Shown piece after piece: positions 25,759-35,680 of a stretch of DNA of 64,000 bases. The DNA lies in IMG/VR virus record IMGVR_UViG_3300012662_000015, positions 1-64,000 of that record; one strand, given 5' to 3'. Positions within the stretch are counted from its first letter, which is position 1, and each line of letters begins with the position of its first letter. Position numbers and translations under genes: made by a program. This stretch comes from a virus. Lineage: Duplodnaviria > Caudoviricetes. The notes beneath the pieces are model-generated. The model searched no databases, had not been told where the DNA came from, and saw nothing but the letters and a program-made list of their open reading frames with translations.

Positions 25759-27471
25759 TTAGTGCTTTTTATTCCAATCTTTCCAATTGTTCTTGTCATC
25801 TATAGGGTTGTTGCCGTTCTTGTCCCATTCCTTTCCGCTCTTGTTAGGGCGCCCGGCCTTACTTCCGCCGCCAGTATTGATGTCGTTTCCGCCTTGCTGC
25901 CGGTTGATGCGAGCCTGGGCTTCCTCCTCTTCAATGGCGTTTTCCGTCTCCGCGTCGGCGCGCTTGATGTCAATCAGCAAGTCCTGCTCTTGCTCTTCCT
26001 TCTTCTCGCTCACGATTCTCGCATACTCTCCGTTCTTCGGGAATTGGGGGCATCTCTCGGACGCAGTCTGATGAGAAAGGAAGCCGTTCTGCACGGCGGT
26101 GGCGATGTTTGTTATATCCTCCGTGTAGTTCTCGTGGATATACGCCTGTATGTAAGCATAGACCGGGAGCGCCATCATTGTGGCAGTATTATTGTTTGTA
26201 TACCCAGACATAAACTTCGCCATCCTCACAATTGAAAGCAGGAACGGATGAAGATGCTGCGCATCGTTCATTGCGCACTCGATGGCTGGAGAGTAAAGCA
26301 ACTTCAACGCAACGCCAGGAAGGTCGCCAGACTTCAGTTCGGGCGGCTTTACGGTGAAAGACAATTCGTATATCAGGTTGTACGCCTTGTCGAGCTGTGT
26401 AGCGAAAGCGTTTGAAGCGTCAGTCCCATTCAAGAAGCCAGCCTTTGCGTTTGGGTCATTCATCGCAAGAGCCTTAACCGCGCCATTCATTCCGCCTTCT
26501 ATCTGCAAATCCTCACCTTCTCCTTGATAGAAGAATATCGGGAAAGCGAAAGCTTCATTATTCTCGCACAAGTGCGAGAACGCGGCCTCGTAATCTTCAA
26601 TCATCCTTTGCACAGGCGACCAACAAGGGCCGTCTTCCCTACGGGCGTAAGCAACTGGGACAAACGGGAATCCGTGAGGTTTTTTGGATACGAGATGGAA
26701 ACCATAAACAGCGAAGTCGTCACCTATTTCAGTTACCAGCTCGCTGTCATCCTTTCCATCGACAAACTTGTTAAACCTGTACAGGTAAGTATCGTCCCAT
26801 ACCTCCAAATACTCTGTCTTCAATTCACCCTCCTTGCCATAATCGTAATAAGAGCGCCCAAAGGCAACCATCTTTCCGGTGATGGGATCAGTTTGCGGAT
26901 AGAGCGTATCTCCATTCAAGAAAGACAACGCCTTTGCCCCGACCTCGCCGTCGCTACTGATGTACCCAACGATGGCGCAGTCGCCTGTCACGTTCCAAGA
27001 GTGGATAGCCTCAAAGAAGCGGGTTTCCATATCCATGTCAATCCATGATCTCTTGAAAGTGGTAAGGAGACTCTGGTAGTTTTCCTCCTTCTCGAGCGAA
27101 TAGTCACCTTGCGAAATCTCGAACTGAATATCATTGCCGGTCAGGTGCAGGTCGTGCTTCTGTGCTATCAGCTGCTGGAAAGCGAAAGAGCACCGCTTGA
27201 TAGGTTGCTTGTAGCCTTTGCTTGGGTTATTCGGGTCTCTCTTCCACACGTCGGGGTATTCAGAACGATCGTTAATCCTGTGCGAACTCGGGTAATACTC
27301 TCGTATGAAGTCGTGTTGTGTCTTTACCATCACCTTCAGCTTGTCTTCCGGCATCGGTATGTCGGATGTAACGACTTCCCTCTCCTGCTGGCCATGGCTC
27401 AGATACCCGGTCGGCATAACATTGTACCAAGGCTTCTTGGTGCAAAGGTCTCTTTTCATTAAAACATCCAT
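25759..27471 (-). CDS. Portal protein (SPP1-like)
   Basis: 570 aa, next to terL; SGDLPGVALKLLY and LSHQTASE motifs. Confidence 0.8.
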   Translation of the reverse strand: MDVLMKRDLCTKKPWYNVMPTGYLSHGQQEREVVTSDIPMPEDKLKVMVKTQHDFIREYYPSSHRINDRSEYPDVWKRDPNNPSKGYKQPIKRCSFAFQQLIAQKHDLHLTGNDIQFEISQGDYSLEKEENYQSLLTTFKRSWIDMDMETRFFEAIHSWNVTGDCAIVGYISSDGEVGAKALSFLNGDTLYPQTDPITGKMVAFGRSYYDYGKEGELKTEYLEVWDDTYLYRFNKFVDGKDDSELVTEIGDDFAVYGFHLVSKKPHGFPFVPVAYARREDGPCWSPVQRMIEDYEAAFSHLCENNEAFAFPIFFYQGEGEDLQIEGGMNGAVKALAMNDPNAKAGFLNGTDASNAFATQLDKAYNLIYELSFTVKPPELKSGDLPGVALKLLYSPAIECAMNDAQHLHPFLLSIVRMAKFMSGYTNNNTATMMALPVYAYIQAYIHENYTEDITNIATAVQNGFLSHQTASERCPQFPKNGEYARIVSEKKEEQEQDLLIDIKRADAETENAIEEEEAQARINRQQGGNDINTGGGSKAGRPNKSGKEWDKNGNNPIDDKNNWKDWNKKH

Positions 27472-30230
27472 AGGTTTTTAACTTTTGTGTGCGACTTTTT
27501 TGCGAGCTTGGCCGGATATTCCCAATAATAGCAAGACTCAATGAAGTCAGGCGACCAGCCCACATATTTTTTTGCTATCTTTTTAGCGAGAACCTTAAAT
27601 CCTCTGTCATCTCCGCCCTCGTCTCGTCTAATAGCCTTTCTTTCTTTTTGTAAAATTCTTTCAAGTGTCCAATTCTTAAACCCGTTCCCGGAGAATTTTC
27701 TTTCGAGAAGCGACCGCTCAATAGATATATTCCCCTCTTTTATGTCCTCGTAGAACAAGAAAGCGCATTGGCTTTTAAGGTCTTTGTAAAGAAATTTTAT
27801 TCCTTCACGCTCGTCCCTCGTCAATGCCACCGGAGCCATTTGGTTGTTGAACGGAAGCGCATCGGGGAAGAAGCCCTTGAAATACTGACCGATCCCCTGC
27901 ATGTCATAAGTGAAATTCTTCTCCTCAACGCCCCATTCTCTCAGCTTAGCTTTTACGACTGAAACTACAGTCCTGGAATCAAGCCTCATGACGACAACGT
28001 CCCGTATGTGGTTCCCGACCCATAGCCACATAACGAAATTGTCTCCTCCCGTGAACGCTATGTCCGCGGAAGCGCGTCGCTTCCCGTCTCCTGCTTGTAT
28101 TGCGTTATGGAAAAAGGATTCCATATCCTCATACTTGACCATGTCGTCTCCTGCGGCCTTCCAGTTCCAGTTCGCCTGTAAGTCCCTCATGCGCTGTTCT
28201 TCGTCCTGTTGCGCAAGATTTCCGAGGTAAGACGGGTCAGAAGAAAGCAGTTTGATATTCTCGGACAAGTCAGCCCTTATGAACGTTACAGATTTAATGA
28301 TGACATCAAGTTTGGTAAGCCCAAGTTTAGCATACGCCTTCTCGTATTGCTCGTTCCAAACAGAATCGATAATAGGCGCGCACTGCTCGTACACTTCTTC
28401 CCGCGTATCTCCCCAATAGATTGAATCCGGGGAGTCACCGTCCATATAACAGTACCTCACTTGGCCGCACCTATCAAGGATAGCGTATCCATCGTCGTCA
28501 ATCCACCAATCGATGAATTTCCTTACCCAAGAATCAGGGTCAGGGTTGCAGGTCCCCCAAAATCGCGAACGTAGTCCAGATGCGTTTCGGTTAACAGTCG
28601 TGAGGTATTTGAACTTCTTGTACTCGCACTGCGTTATCTCGTCAATTCCGACATAGGAGTATTGCCTTCCCTGGAATCTGTCTTTGAATGTTTGATAATT
28701 TCCGGCATAATATGAAAATTTCAACCACCCTCCATTATTGAAGTTCCAGGTCATATCGTTGAGAGACTTGTTGTAAACACCGAAATCCGAGTATAGCTTG
28801 TATGAGTCGTTGATCAGCGAGTCGAGGTCTTTCGTTTCCTTTCTGAGGAGCAGTCCGGTCATGCCTGGTTTAAGTATGTCGTAGAGCGTTTGCATGAGCA
28901 TAGAGAATGATTTACTGTTATGAGTGACTATGAAGTCCTCCACCATGAAGAGGGAGTTTGTGTTATTTACGGCTATGCAGCAACATTCTTTCTCTCCCAC
29001 ATATTCATAATCAACTATTCGTCTTCCGAGCTCGCTTATTCCTCCGTTATACTTTGTGCATAAGGATTTCTTGCGCTCAAGTCGGAATAATCTTTCTGAG
29101 TTTTTTATTCTGATATAGACATCATAATAATCGCTCGCCTTAATGCGCGTACCGTCTTTTACATAATGGTTCTCGTGTTTTGATATTGTGGCAAGACCTC
29201 CGAGACTGTTAACCAAGAACTTAACATCTTTAGCAAGTTGCTCGCTAACTGTTGCAAATGAGCAGTGACCGCGCTCATCAACGGTTCCGTCCGTATCCAT
29301 CAACCCTTGAAGTATAGCTTCTCTTTTCTCTACCGTTCCAAACTTGTAGTAGTCAGGTACAAATTTTGAGAATGCATTATGCCCATACAGCTTCAAACCT
29401 TCAAGGTCATTTCTCAGACGCTCGTCCGTAATTCTGTAATCACATGCCGCATTGTTTTCCTTATGGAAAGAATTGCTCATATCCAATCCAGCTTTCTCAA
29501 ACTCTTCGACTATTCCATGGTCTGCGCTGCATAGCATGGCATCATAGCTTCCACTCCTTACAATATCTGTCACGCAACCGTCTCCAAGGATGGCTCCTAT
29601 TACATACGGAGAAGAAACTGGCTTATAATGGTGCTCCCCCCAAGAACGTGTGAATTTTACTGGTTCACAAAGCGGGATAAGCAATTTCCCGTTTTTGATT
29701 TCTCCGTTCTTTATCTTTTCAAGATGGTCGACTATCATTTGAGTCGTCCAAACACGGTACTCTTCATTCAAAGACAGCCCATTGAGAATACGCTTCTTAC
29801 TTCTATAACATGTCTTTCTTACATTCCAAAGATGGTCATAAGAAGCTATCACTTCTGACCCGTCAACGAACTTTAATTTGTATGATGGTAACCTACCGTG
29901 GTCTTTTCGATAAACAACACGCTGCATTCCACCATCAGTCCCGCTGATGATGTCTCCAGCCTTCAAGTCGCCAATCCTTCGATAACCGAAAGGCGTAACT
30001 ACCCTTGTGTCTACTAACAAGGGCCCGCCGCGGCTGCCACCACCGATAAGAATATCCACATCGGTGGCAAGCATTCTCTCCTGTGCTCCTTTTTGGGCAA
30101 TATACGCCCTTAGCGAACCCGGATGTTTCATATCTTCATCCCGAAGCGCCTGCACGAACTCTTGCGTATAGACTGGTGTGCCGTCCGGCAAGAAGAACCC
30201 CGAATACTTATCTTTCTCTGAAAATTGCAT
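27459..30230 (-). CDS. terL: Terminase large subunit with intein
   Basis: Split Walker A (GGSRGG|SKS), Walker B VGIDE, TCNPD, nuclease ADIAFTGGD; likely start MQFSEK at 30230. Confidence 0.92.
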   Translation of the reverse strand: MQFSEKDKYSGFFLPDGTPVYTQEFVQALRDEDMKHPGSLRAYIAQKGAQERMLATDVDILIGGGSRGGPLLVDTRVVTPFGYRRIGDLKAGDIISGTDGGMQRVVYRKDHGRLPSYKLKFVDGSEVIASYDHLWNVRKTCYRSKKRILNGLSLNEEYRVWTTQMIVDHLEKIKNGEIKNGKLLIPLCEPVKFTRSWGEHHYKPVSSPYVIGAILGDGCVTDIVRSGSYDAMLCSADHGIVEEFEKAGLDMSNSFHKENNAACDYRITDERLRNDLEGLKLYGHNAFSKFVPDYYKFGTVEKREAILQGLMDTDGTVDERGHCSFATVSEQLAKDVKFLVNSLGGLATISKHENHYVKDGTRIKASDYYDVYIRIKNSERLFRLERKKSLCTKYNGGISELGRRIVDYEYVGEKECCCIAVNNTNSLFMVEDFIVTHNSKSFSMLMQTLYDILKPGMTGLLLRKETKDLDSLINDSYKLYSDFGVYNKSLNDMTWNFNNGGWLKFSYYAGNYQTFKDRFQGRQYSYVGIDEITQCEYKKFKYLTTVNRNASGLRSRFWGTCNPDPDSWVRKFIDWWIDDDGYAILDRCGQVRYCYMDGDSPDSIYWGDTREEVYEQCAPIIDSVWNEQYEKAYAKLGLTKLDVIIKSVTFIRADLSENIKLLSSDPSYLGNLAQQDEEQRMRDLQANWNWKAAGDDMVKYEDMESFFHNAIQAGDGKRRASADIAFTGGDNFVMWLWVGNHIRDVVVMRLDSRTVVSVVKAKLREWGVEEKNFTYDMQGIGQYFKGFFPDALPFNNQMAPVALTRDEREGIKFLYKDLKSQCAFLFYEDIKEGNISIERSLLERKFSGNGFKNWTLERILQKERKAIRRDEGGDDRGFKVLAKKIAKKYVGWSPDFIESCYYWEYPAKLAKKSHTKVKNLWMF
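28917..30023 (-). mobile_element. 369-aa intein with LAGLIDADG homing endonuclease, class-3 type
   Basis: Starts PLLVDTRV, block B SYDHLW, LAGLIDADG motifs GAILGDG and QGLMDTDG, block F ECCCIAV, ends VTHN/S. Confidence 0.9.
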
Positions 30231-30266
30231 ATTTTTACATTCTGTATGCAAAAATATTAAAAATAT

Positions 30267-30298
30267 TTTGGTTTATGTATTTTTATTCATTATTTTTG
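30267..30298 (+). promoter_or_regulatory. Promoter for the tRNA and head-tail operon
   Basis: -33 TTTG (30267) and -7 TATTTTTG (30291), 20-nt spacer. Confidence 0.65.
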
Positions 30299-30345
30299 CA
30301 GCTGTAAGATTATTTCTTAGCCCAGCCATCAGCGGATGGCAACCG

Positions 30346-30417
30346 AGCGGGTTGGAGCAGCGGTAGCTTGTTTGGCTCATGACCAAAAGGTCGGCGGTTC
30401 GATTCCGTCACCCGCGA
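30346..30417 (+). tRNA. tRNA-Met(CAT), initiator-like, no encoded CCA
   Basis: Cloverleaf: AGCGGGT/ACCCGCG acceptor, GAGC/GCTT D stem, TTTGG-CTCATGA-CCAAA anticodon arm, GGCGG-TTCGATT-CCGTC T arm. Confidence 0.88.
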
Positions 30418-30474
30418 CAATAAGGGAAAAGCAATCGGGAAACACCCGAAGGCAGGATAACAAATACTAATCTA

Positions 30475-31158
30475 ATGGAACTTGAAAAAATCATTTCCAC
30501 GATTCTTGAGAAGGCCGGAAAAACCGACGTATCAAAAGAAACTGTGACCACGCTTGTTAGCCTGAACCAGCTTCAGGAAGGAACGGAGCCGGACGAGGCT
30601 TATTTCAGCAAGATGGTCAAGGCTGTCAAAAGCGTGCAAGGTAACGTAAACAACGTTATGAGCGCGAAAGTTGCCGAGCAGGTCAAATCAAAAGTTGCAG
30701 AAGAGCTTGCGAAGCAAGGTGCAAACCGCTCAAAAGACAAGCCGGAAGGCAATTCGAGCGAAGACGTGCCAGAGTGGGCCAAGAAGCTCCAGGAGCAATT
30801 CGAGAACGACCGCAAGGAAAGACAGCAAGAAAAGGCCGAACGCGAGAAGAAAAACTTGCTCGACTCGGTAAAAAGAGGCTTGGAGAAGCGATTCGAGGAA
30901 GGCGGCTTGAAGCTTAACGGCTTTTTTGCAAAGTCCGCGCTCTCTAAGCTCGACATTCCTGAGAAGGACGCTGACGTAAGCAAGCTTATTGATGACGCGG
31001 AGAAACTCTACAACTCGGACTTAAAGGAGGCTGGTATAGGTTCCGATTCACCAAGAGCAGGCGGATCTGGCGGTTCAAGGAAGAATCAGGATGACGAGCA
31101 TGCGTTTGACGATATAGCCAAAGCCATCGGCCGCAATCGTCCCAAGCAGAATGAGTAA
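30475..31158 (+). CDS. Capsid scaffolding protein
   Basis: Charged coiled-coil protein upstream of the capsid genes. Confidence 0.65.
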   Translation: MELEKIISTILEKAGKTDVSKETVTTLVSLNQLQEGTEPDEAYFSKMVKAVKSVQGNVNNVMSAKVAEQVKSKVAEELAKQGANRSKDKPEGNSSEDVPEWAKKLQEQFENDRKERQQEKAEREKKNLLDSVKRGLEKRFEEGGLKLNGFFAKSALSKLDIPEKDADVSKLIDDAEKLYNSDLKEAGIGSDSPRAGGSGGSRKNQDDEHAFDDIAKAIGRNRPKQNE

Positions 31159-31184
31159 CATTTTTCACACTAAAACATTTTGCT

Positions 31185-31946
31185 ATGACAGAACTTGATT
31201 TTTATCAGCAAAGAATTTTGAACAGCGGCGTTTTTCACGGCACTGTTCTCATTCAGGCTCATGGCGAAATCGGCGGTACCAAAAAAGTGTTTGTCAAATA
31301 TTCGACAAGCGCGAAGAACGGTCTCGTCTATCCAACGATAGGCGGCGTACTCAAGAACCCGTTCAAGGGTAACGCCAAGATTTTCGCCGGTGACCTCGTG
31401 GAGTACGATCCTGGCATTGAGGGCGATACAGGCGCCACTGTCAAGATTATGAAGACGTACCAAGCCGCAGCAGCTGCGACCAATACGGATTCAGCTCACA
31501 CCGTTCAAATCGTCAGAGACGGATTCAAGCACATCCCGTTTGTTGGCGATTTCATCATGGTTGCTCCTAAGGCAATTGACGGAACTGGCGCCGCTGTAAC
31601 AGTAACAGGCGTAACCGCAAAGACGGACACGACCAACGGAGACGTATGGGAGCTTTCATTGTCCGCAGCGTTAACTGTCGCAAAGGGCGACGTACTCGTA
31701 GAGGCGTCAGCTGGCACCGGAACCGTCAAGGCGATGGTTACCAACCCTAACGCGTACGCTCCTTGCGATTTCGACTTCGTCTACAACCCGTCTGCTGGAG
31801 ATAGCGACTTTGAGGGCGCCAAGTACCTGTTTACACCATGTTTGGCAGGCCCGACAACCATCTTGTACAAGAGCATGATGTCTCCTACACCGGCAAGCGT
31901 ATTGGCCATGAACACAAGCAAGGTGCCTGGCTGGTTCTCACTTTAA
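31185..31946 (+). CDS. Head decoration / minor capsid protein
   Basis: Beta-rich, Ala/Gly/Thr-rich; between scaffold and MCP. Confidence 0.55.
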   Translation: MTELDFYQQRILNSGVFHGTVLIQAHGEIGGTKKVFVKYSTSAKNGLVYPTIGGVLKNPFKGNAKIFAGDLVEYDPGIEGDTGATVKIMKTYQAAAAATNTDSAHTVQIVRDGFKHIPFVGDFIMVAPKAIDGTGAAVTVTGVTAKTDTTNGDVWELSLSAALTVAKGDVLVEASAGTGTVKAMVTNPNAYAPCDFDFVYNPSAGDSDFEGAKYLFTPCLAGPTTILYKSMMSPTPASVLAMNTSKVPGWFSL

Positions 31947-31970
31947 CCAAACCTTAAATTGTAAAGTATT

Positions 31971-33143
31971 ATGGCAAAATTCAATTTTAACGATTCGCGA
32001 TACGCGAAGTTTTTCTCTTCGCCTGACAACGCCCGGTTCTTACAGTCATATCTTGACAGATCTGACCTTTTCTTCACCAACTACAGCTGGTACCTTACGC
32101 AGGGCCGCATGGCTCCGTCAGACACCCCTGTCGGGAGTGACGGAACAGCAGTCTTCATGTGTAAGTCACGCAAGCTGAAAGCTGCACACCTCATGGACCT
32201 TCGCGCCCCTCTTGGAGACAGCAACCAGGGCGACACTTCAGACATGAAGATGTATACTGCATCCATTCCAGACTTCATTGCAGACGGATTTGTGGAGACT
32301 GCCACAGAGCGAGACTACAAGGTTCAGCGCTTTGAAGAGTTCGGTAACGACGCAGACGTCATTGCTGCTTACACAGAGCTCCTCCAGGAGCGTTTCGACT
32401 CTGTAGACGCAACCATGACCTACATGACCGCACAGCTCATGACAAAGGGAGCCATTGACTACTCTACGATTGGCCGCGGCATCCGTCTTCCGCTTCACAA
32501 GGCGGACATTCCTGCAGAGAACTTCCTGAAGGCCGGTGCAAAGGCGTGGAACGCCGATGACTGCCAGCTCCTCACGCAGATGCGCCAGATGGAGCTCGAC
32601 ATCCGCCACAAGATGGGTGACTACGGAGGCCCGATGGTATGGCAGATGACCCAGAACGACTTCTTGAACGTGTTCTTGAAGAACAAGGAAGTTCGCTCAT
32701 TCGTTAGCGACTACCGCAAGCTGAACTATCTCGCCAGCACGCAGAACGTTCCGGTTCTCGCTTCTGAGTGGAACAAGGCTCGCGTTGACCTGGAGGGCGT
32801 TTCTCCTATCGAGCTCGTCGTGGAGCAGGAGGTTAACAAGACTCATACCAAGACTGAGACCATCAAAGGCTGGGCAGACGGCACAGTTGTCTTCCGGCCC
32901 GCAGGAGACGCAGTTGAGTTTGAGCGTAAGCAAATCCTTGACGAGCGCATGCTCAACAGCTACGCAGCAAGGGGAATCACTGCTGTCATGGGACGCGGTA
33001 ACAACGGCCTGTCTCTCGTGGTCAACAAGACAATGGATAACGGAATTTTCCAGGAGTGGCATACGGATGTCATGATGTCCGCCTGCCCCGCTTTGGTGAA
33101 CTTCCCCAACCACTACATCATCAACACAAAACAGGCTGGATAA
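31971..33143 (+). CDS. Major capsid protein
   Basis: 390 aa, phage-E-like features (ATMTYMTAQLMTKGAIDY), position and strong codon bias. Confidence 0.8.
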   Translation: MAKFNFNDSRYAKFFSSPDNARFLQSYLDRSDLFFTNYSWYLTQGRMAPSDTPVGSDGTAVFMCKSRKLKAAHLMDLRAPLGDSNQGDTSDMKMYTASIPDFIADGFVETATERDYKVQRFEEFGNDADVIAAYTELLQERFDSVDATMTYMTAQLMTKGAIDYSTIGRGIRLPLHKADIPAENFLKAGAKAWNADDCQLLTQMRQMELDIRHKMGDYGGPMVWQMTQNDFLNVFLKNKEVRSFVSDYRKLNYLASTQNVPVLASEWNKARVDLEGVSPIELVVEQEVNKTHTKTETIKGWADGTVVFRPAGDAVEFERKQILDERMLNSYAARGITAVMGRGNNGLSLVVNKTMDNGIFQEWHTDVMMSACPALVNFPNHYIINTKQAG

Positions 33144-33165
33144 CAGCCAATAAAGCATTGCGTGT

Positions 33166-33597
33166 ATGAATACGGAAGCAGTAGCACCTTACACTATCAA
33201 GGATTATCTATTCGACAAGGTTAGGTTTGATGTGCCCGATGGTGCCATCAGGCCAATATTACTGGACAGGGGCGTCGATGAAAGCTCTCTCGCAACGGAT
33301 TGCGATAGGGACACCTTGCGCCTTTGTTATGCAGACTTGTTGAAATGGATCGTCCTCGGCGCGAGTAAGGTGAACAACACTTCCGACACGGATAACGGAT
33401 GGACTCATTCTGGAGGCGGTTTTGAGATTTCCTCAGAAGACCGTAAGCTGCTTATTAAGGAGGCCAACTCCATATACGGCGAGCTGGAGCCAGGCTCTGA
33501 GATAAAAATCAAAAGCACCTTCAGGATGATGTCCTTCGGTGTCCAACAAGCCAATCGTGACATCGGAGAAAACCCATTACCGCATATCGTCGATTAA
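33166..33597 (+). CDS. Head-tail adaptor
   Basis: Follows MCP; LCYADLL...NGWTHSGG pattern. Confidence 0.6.
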   Translation: MNTEAVAPYTIKDYLFDKVRFDVPDGAIRPILLDRGVDESSLATDCDRDTLRLCYADLLKWIVLGASKVNNTSDTDNGWTHSGGGFEISSEDRKLLIKEANSIYGELEPGSEIKIKSTFRMMSFGVQQANRDIGENPLPHIVD

Positions 33598-33600
33598 TCC

Positions 33601-33981
33601 ATGAGAAAGGAAAGGATACTTAACCCGCGCTACCCGCATCGCATCCGAATCGTGAGACGCAACATAAACGCATCTAACAACGGAGACCCGGAAGATCCTT
33701 TGTTCGTGAACGACGAAGATGCTGACGAAGAGACCGTATTATATGAAGGCGCAGGCCGCTCATTCACGGATACTACGACAACAGGCACGAGTGACGTGGA
33801 CGTTAACAGGCGTAAAGCTTCCATTCCGGTCAGGTTTGATGAATGGGCATCTGGCATGAAGCCATTGAATGGTGATACGATATATGCGACGGTTGGCTCT
33901 TGCCAAGAAATAGGCATGGTGCGCGACTGCGAGTCAGACAACAACAGGACTTTGGTGTATTGGGATTTAACAAGAGTGTAG
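33601..33981 (+). CDS. Head closure protein
   Basis: Position in the neck module; beta-rich. Confidence 0.5.
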   Translation: MRKERILNPRYPHRIRIVRRNINASNNGDPEDPLFVNDEDADEETVLYEGAGRSFTDTTTTGTSDVDVNRRKASIPVRFDEWASGMKPLNGDTIYATVGSCQEIGMVRDCESDNNRTLVYWDLTRV

Positions 33982-33983
33982 TT

Positions 33984-34568
33984 ATGGCGTTAAAAGGTAC
34001 TATACAAAGCGTGTCGAGGATCATGAAGGTCGTCAGGCAGAAATCAGTAAGTGCCGTCGAGACGACGCTCGTGAGCGCTGTTGACAAAATGATCTCAGAC
34101 ATTGACAGGTACTGGTCGCTGAAATATAAAGGAGTAACAGGAAACGCCTATACGTCAGTTACAGCCGGCGTTTACTACAAAGGGAAACTCATCCACGTGG
34201 CGAACAGCGGAGAAGGAAAGGACAAACCGACAAGAATATCACTTCGGAAAGGGCAGAAATACAACCTCCCTTCTTACTACGACGGAAACTCCGCGCTTGA
34301 AAGACCATTCGTTGGAAGAGAAGGCTACATTCAAGGTTATGGCCCTAAGCTCGGCAAGAAATATGTCGAATCAAATCACCCCGCTAAAAGGGACACATGG
34401 GCTGTGCTGATTGTAATGCCGATGCCGTATGCTGAATACCACCCCGGCCTCGTCCGAACCATGCAGGCTATCAAGGACGCTCTTCCGCAGGAGATCAACA
34501 GAAACATTGTGTATGTTCAAAACGCTCCAACGCGAAGCGCAATAGACTTTAGTGAAGTGCCATTTTAA
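33984..34568 (+). CDS. Neck / tail completion protein (HK97 gp10-like)
   Basis: VTGNAYTS and MPYAEY motifs; position. Confidence 0.55.
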   Translation: MALKGTIQSVSRIMKVVRQKSVSAVETTLVSAVDKMISDIDRYWSLKYKGVTGNAYTSVTAGVYYKGKLIHVANSGEGKDKPTRISLRKGQKYNLPSYYDGNSALERPFVGREGYIQGYGPKLGKKYVESNHPAKRDTWAVLIVMPMPYAEYHPGLVRTMQAIKDALPQEINRNIVYVQNAPTRSAIDFSEVPF

Positions 34569-34577
34569 TGTAACAGT

Positions 34578-34985
34578 ATGGTAAATGTAAAGAATTTATA
34601 CTACTCCGTATCTGGAGCCATCAAAGGGATATGCGACAAGACGTATTACCAAGATAGGCCAACGTCGGTAGACGAACGCATTAACAGCTATGCGGTCGTC
34701 TCGCTTCCGTCAGCCATCGTCAACAATGAGATGGATCAAAGCGGCGCTTACAGAGACTTTACAACCACTGTTATCATTGAGGTGTATGTAAGAGACAACA
34801 TGTCCGCCAGCAACCCTATAGGCATCAACCTGAAAGTCATGCAGGAGAAGGTACAGTCCGTCCTTGGAAAATTCCCAATAGACACCAGTTCCGTGCTCGT
34901 CAGTAGGCCCGAGCTTGTTATGCAAGACAACGACGGCACTGGGTTTCATGTCACTCTCATACGCGCAAGGCTTAGAACGAAGTAA
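34578..34985 (+). CDS. Tail terminator protein
   Basis: Position before the tail tube gene; 135 aa. Confidence 0.55.
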   Translation: MVNVKNLYYSVSGAIKGICDKTYYQDRPTSVDERINSYAVVSLPSAIVNNEMDQSGAYRDFTTTVIIEVYVRDNMSASNPIGINLKVMQEKVQSVLGKFPIDTSSVLVSRPELVMQDNDGTGFHVTLIRARLRTK

Positions 34986-35018
34986 TAGACAAATCATTAA
35001 CTTTAAAACTTTACAGAT

Positions 35019-35594
35019 ATGGCAATTACAGCAACAAAAGACTTGGTGGGCGCCTTGAAGAAGATTTTCAACGACCCCGCGACCATCCTGTATTCGGAGA
35101 AGGCTTACGACCTCACGACGGACAAGACCCTCGCTTTCGACTACAAGCTGCCCGTCACTGTCGATACCCTCCAGGTGACGCAGGACGATCCGACTATCAA
35201 CCACTACAAGATCATCGGCATCAGCGGTGACTGGACGAGTTCCGCCACCCTTGGCGACGTTTCCATCCAAATGACCATCCCTAACGTGTCAGACGATGCG
35301 TTGAAGATGTGCTTTGGCGAAGAGAACGTGAAGGCTCTGACAGGCATCAAGATTGGCGATGGTACTTATGCCGGCAGTGGCGTCGTGTTCAAGAAGCGTA
35401 AGCTTGGCGGCACAGTGGCCGTTGTGGCTTCAAACGAGACCGATATTATGCTCATCAGCGGGACAGCCCTGTTCGCCAAACTGCTCTACGAGAACCCCGG
35501 CACGGATCCGTTCGCCATTCAGCTCAACGGAGGAATCGAGGTTGACGAGGCGCGTCCCTCAATCTCTTGGATCTCCAAGCAGGACGCAGCGTGA
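35019..35594 (+). CDS. Major tail tube protein
   Basis: 191 aa, followed by hairpin 35622-35660 and then chaperone genes. Confidence 0.7.
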   Translation: MAITATKDLVGALKKIFNDPATILYSEKAYDLTTDKTLAFDYKLPVTVDTLQVTQDDPTINHYKIIGISGDWTSSATLGDVSIQMTIPNVSDDALKMCFGEENVKALTGIKIGDGTYAGSGVVFKKRKLGGTVAVVASNETDIMLISGTALFAKLLYENPGTDPFAIQLNGGIEVDEARPSISWISKQDAA

Positions 35595-35680
35595 ACGGTT
35601 CATTCATGAGAACACACTGATAAAGGGGCGGCAGGTTGTACAAAGCAAACCGCCGCCCTTATTCCTAATATCGAAACAAT

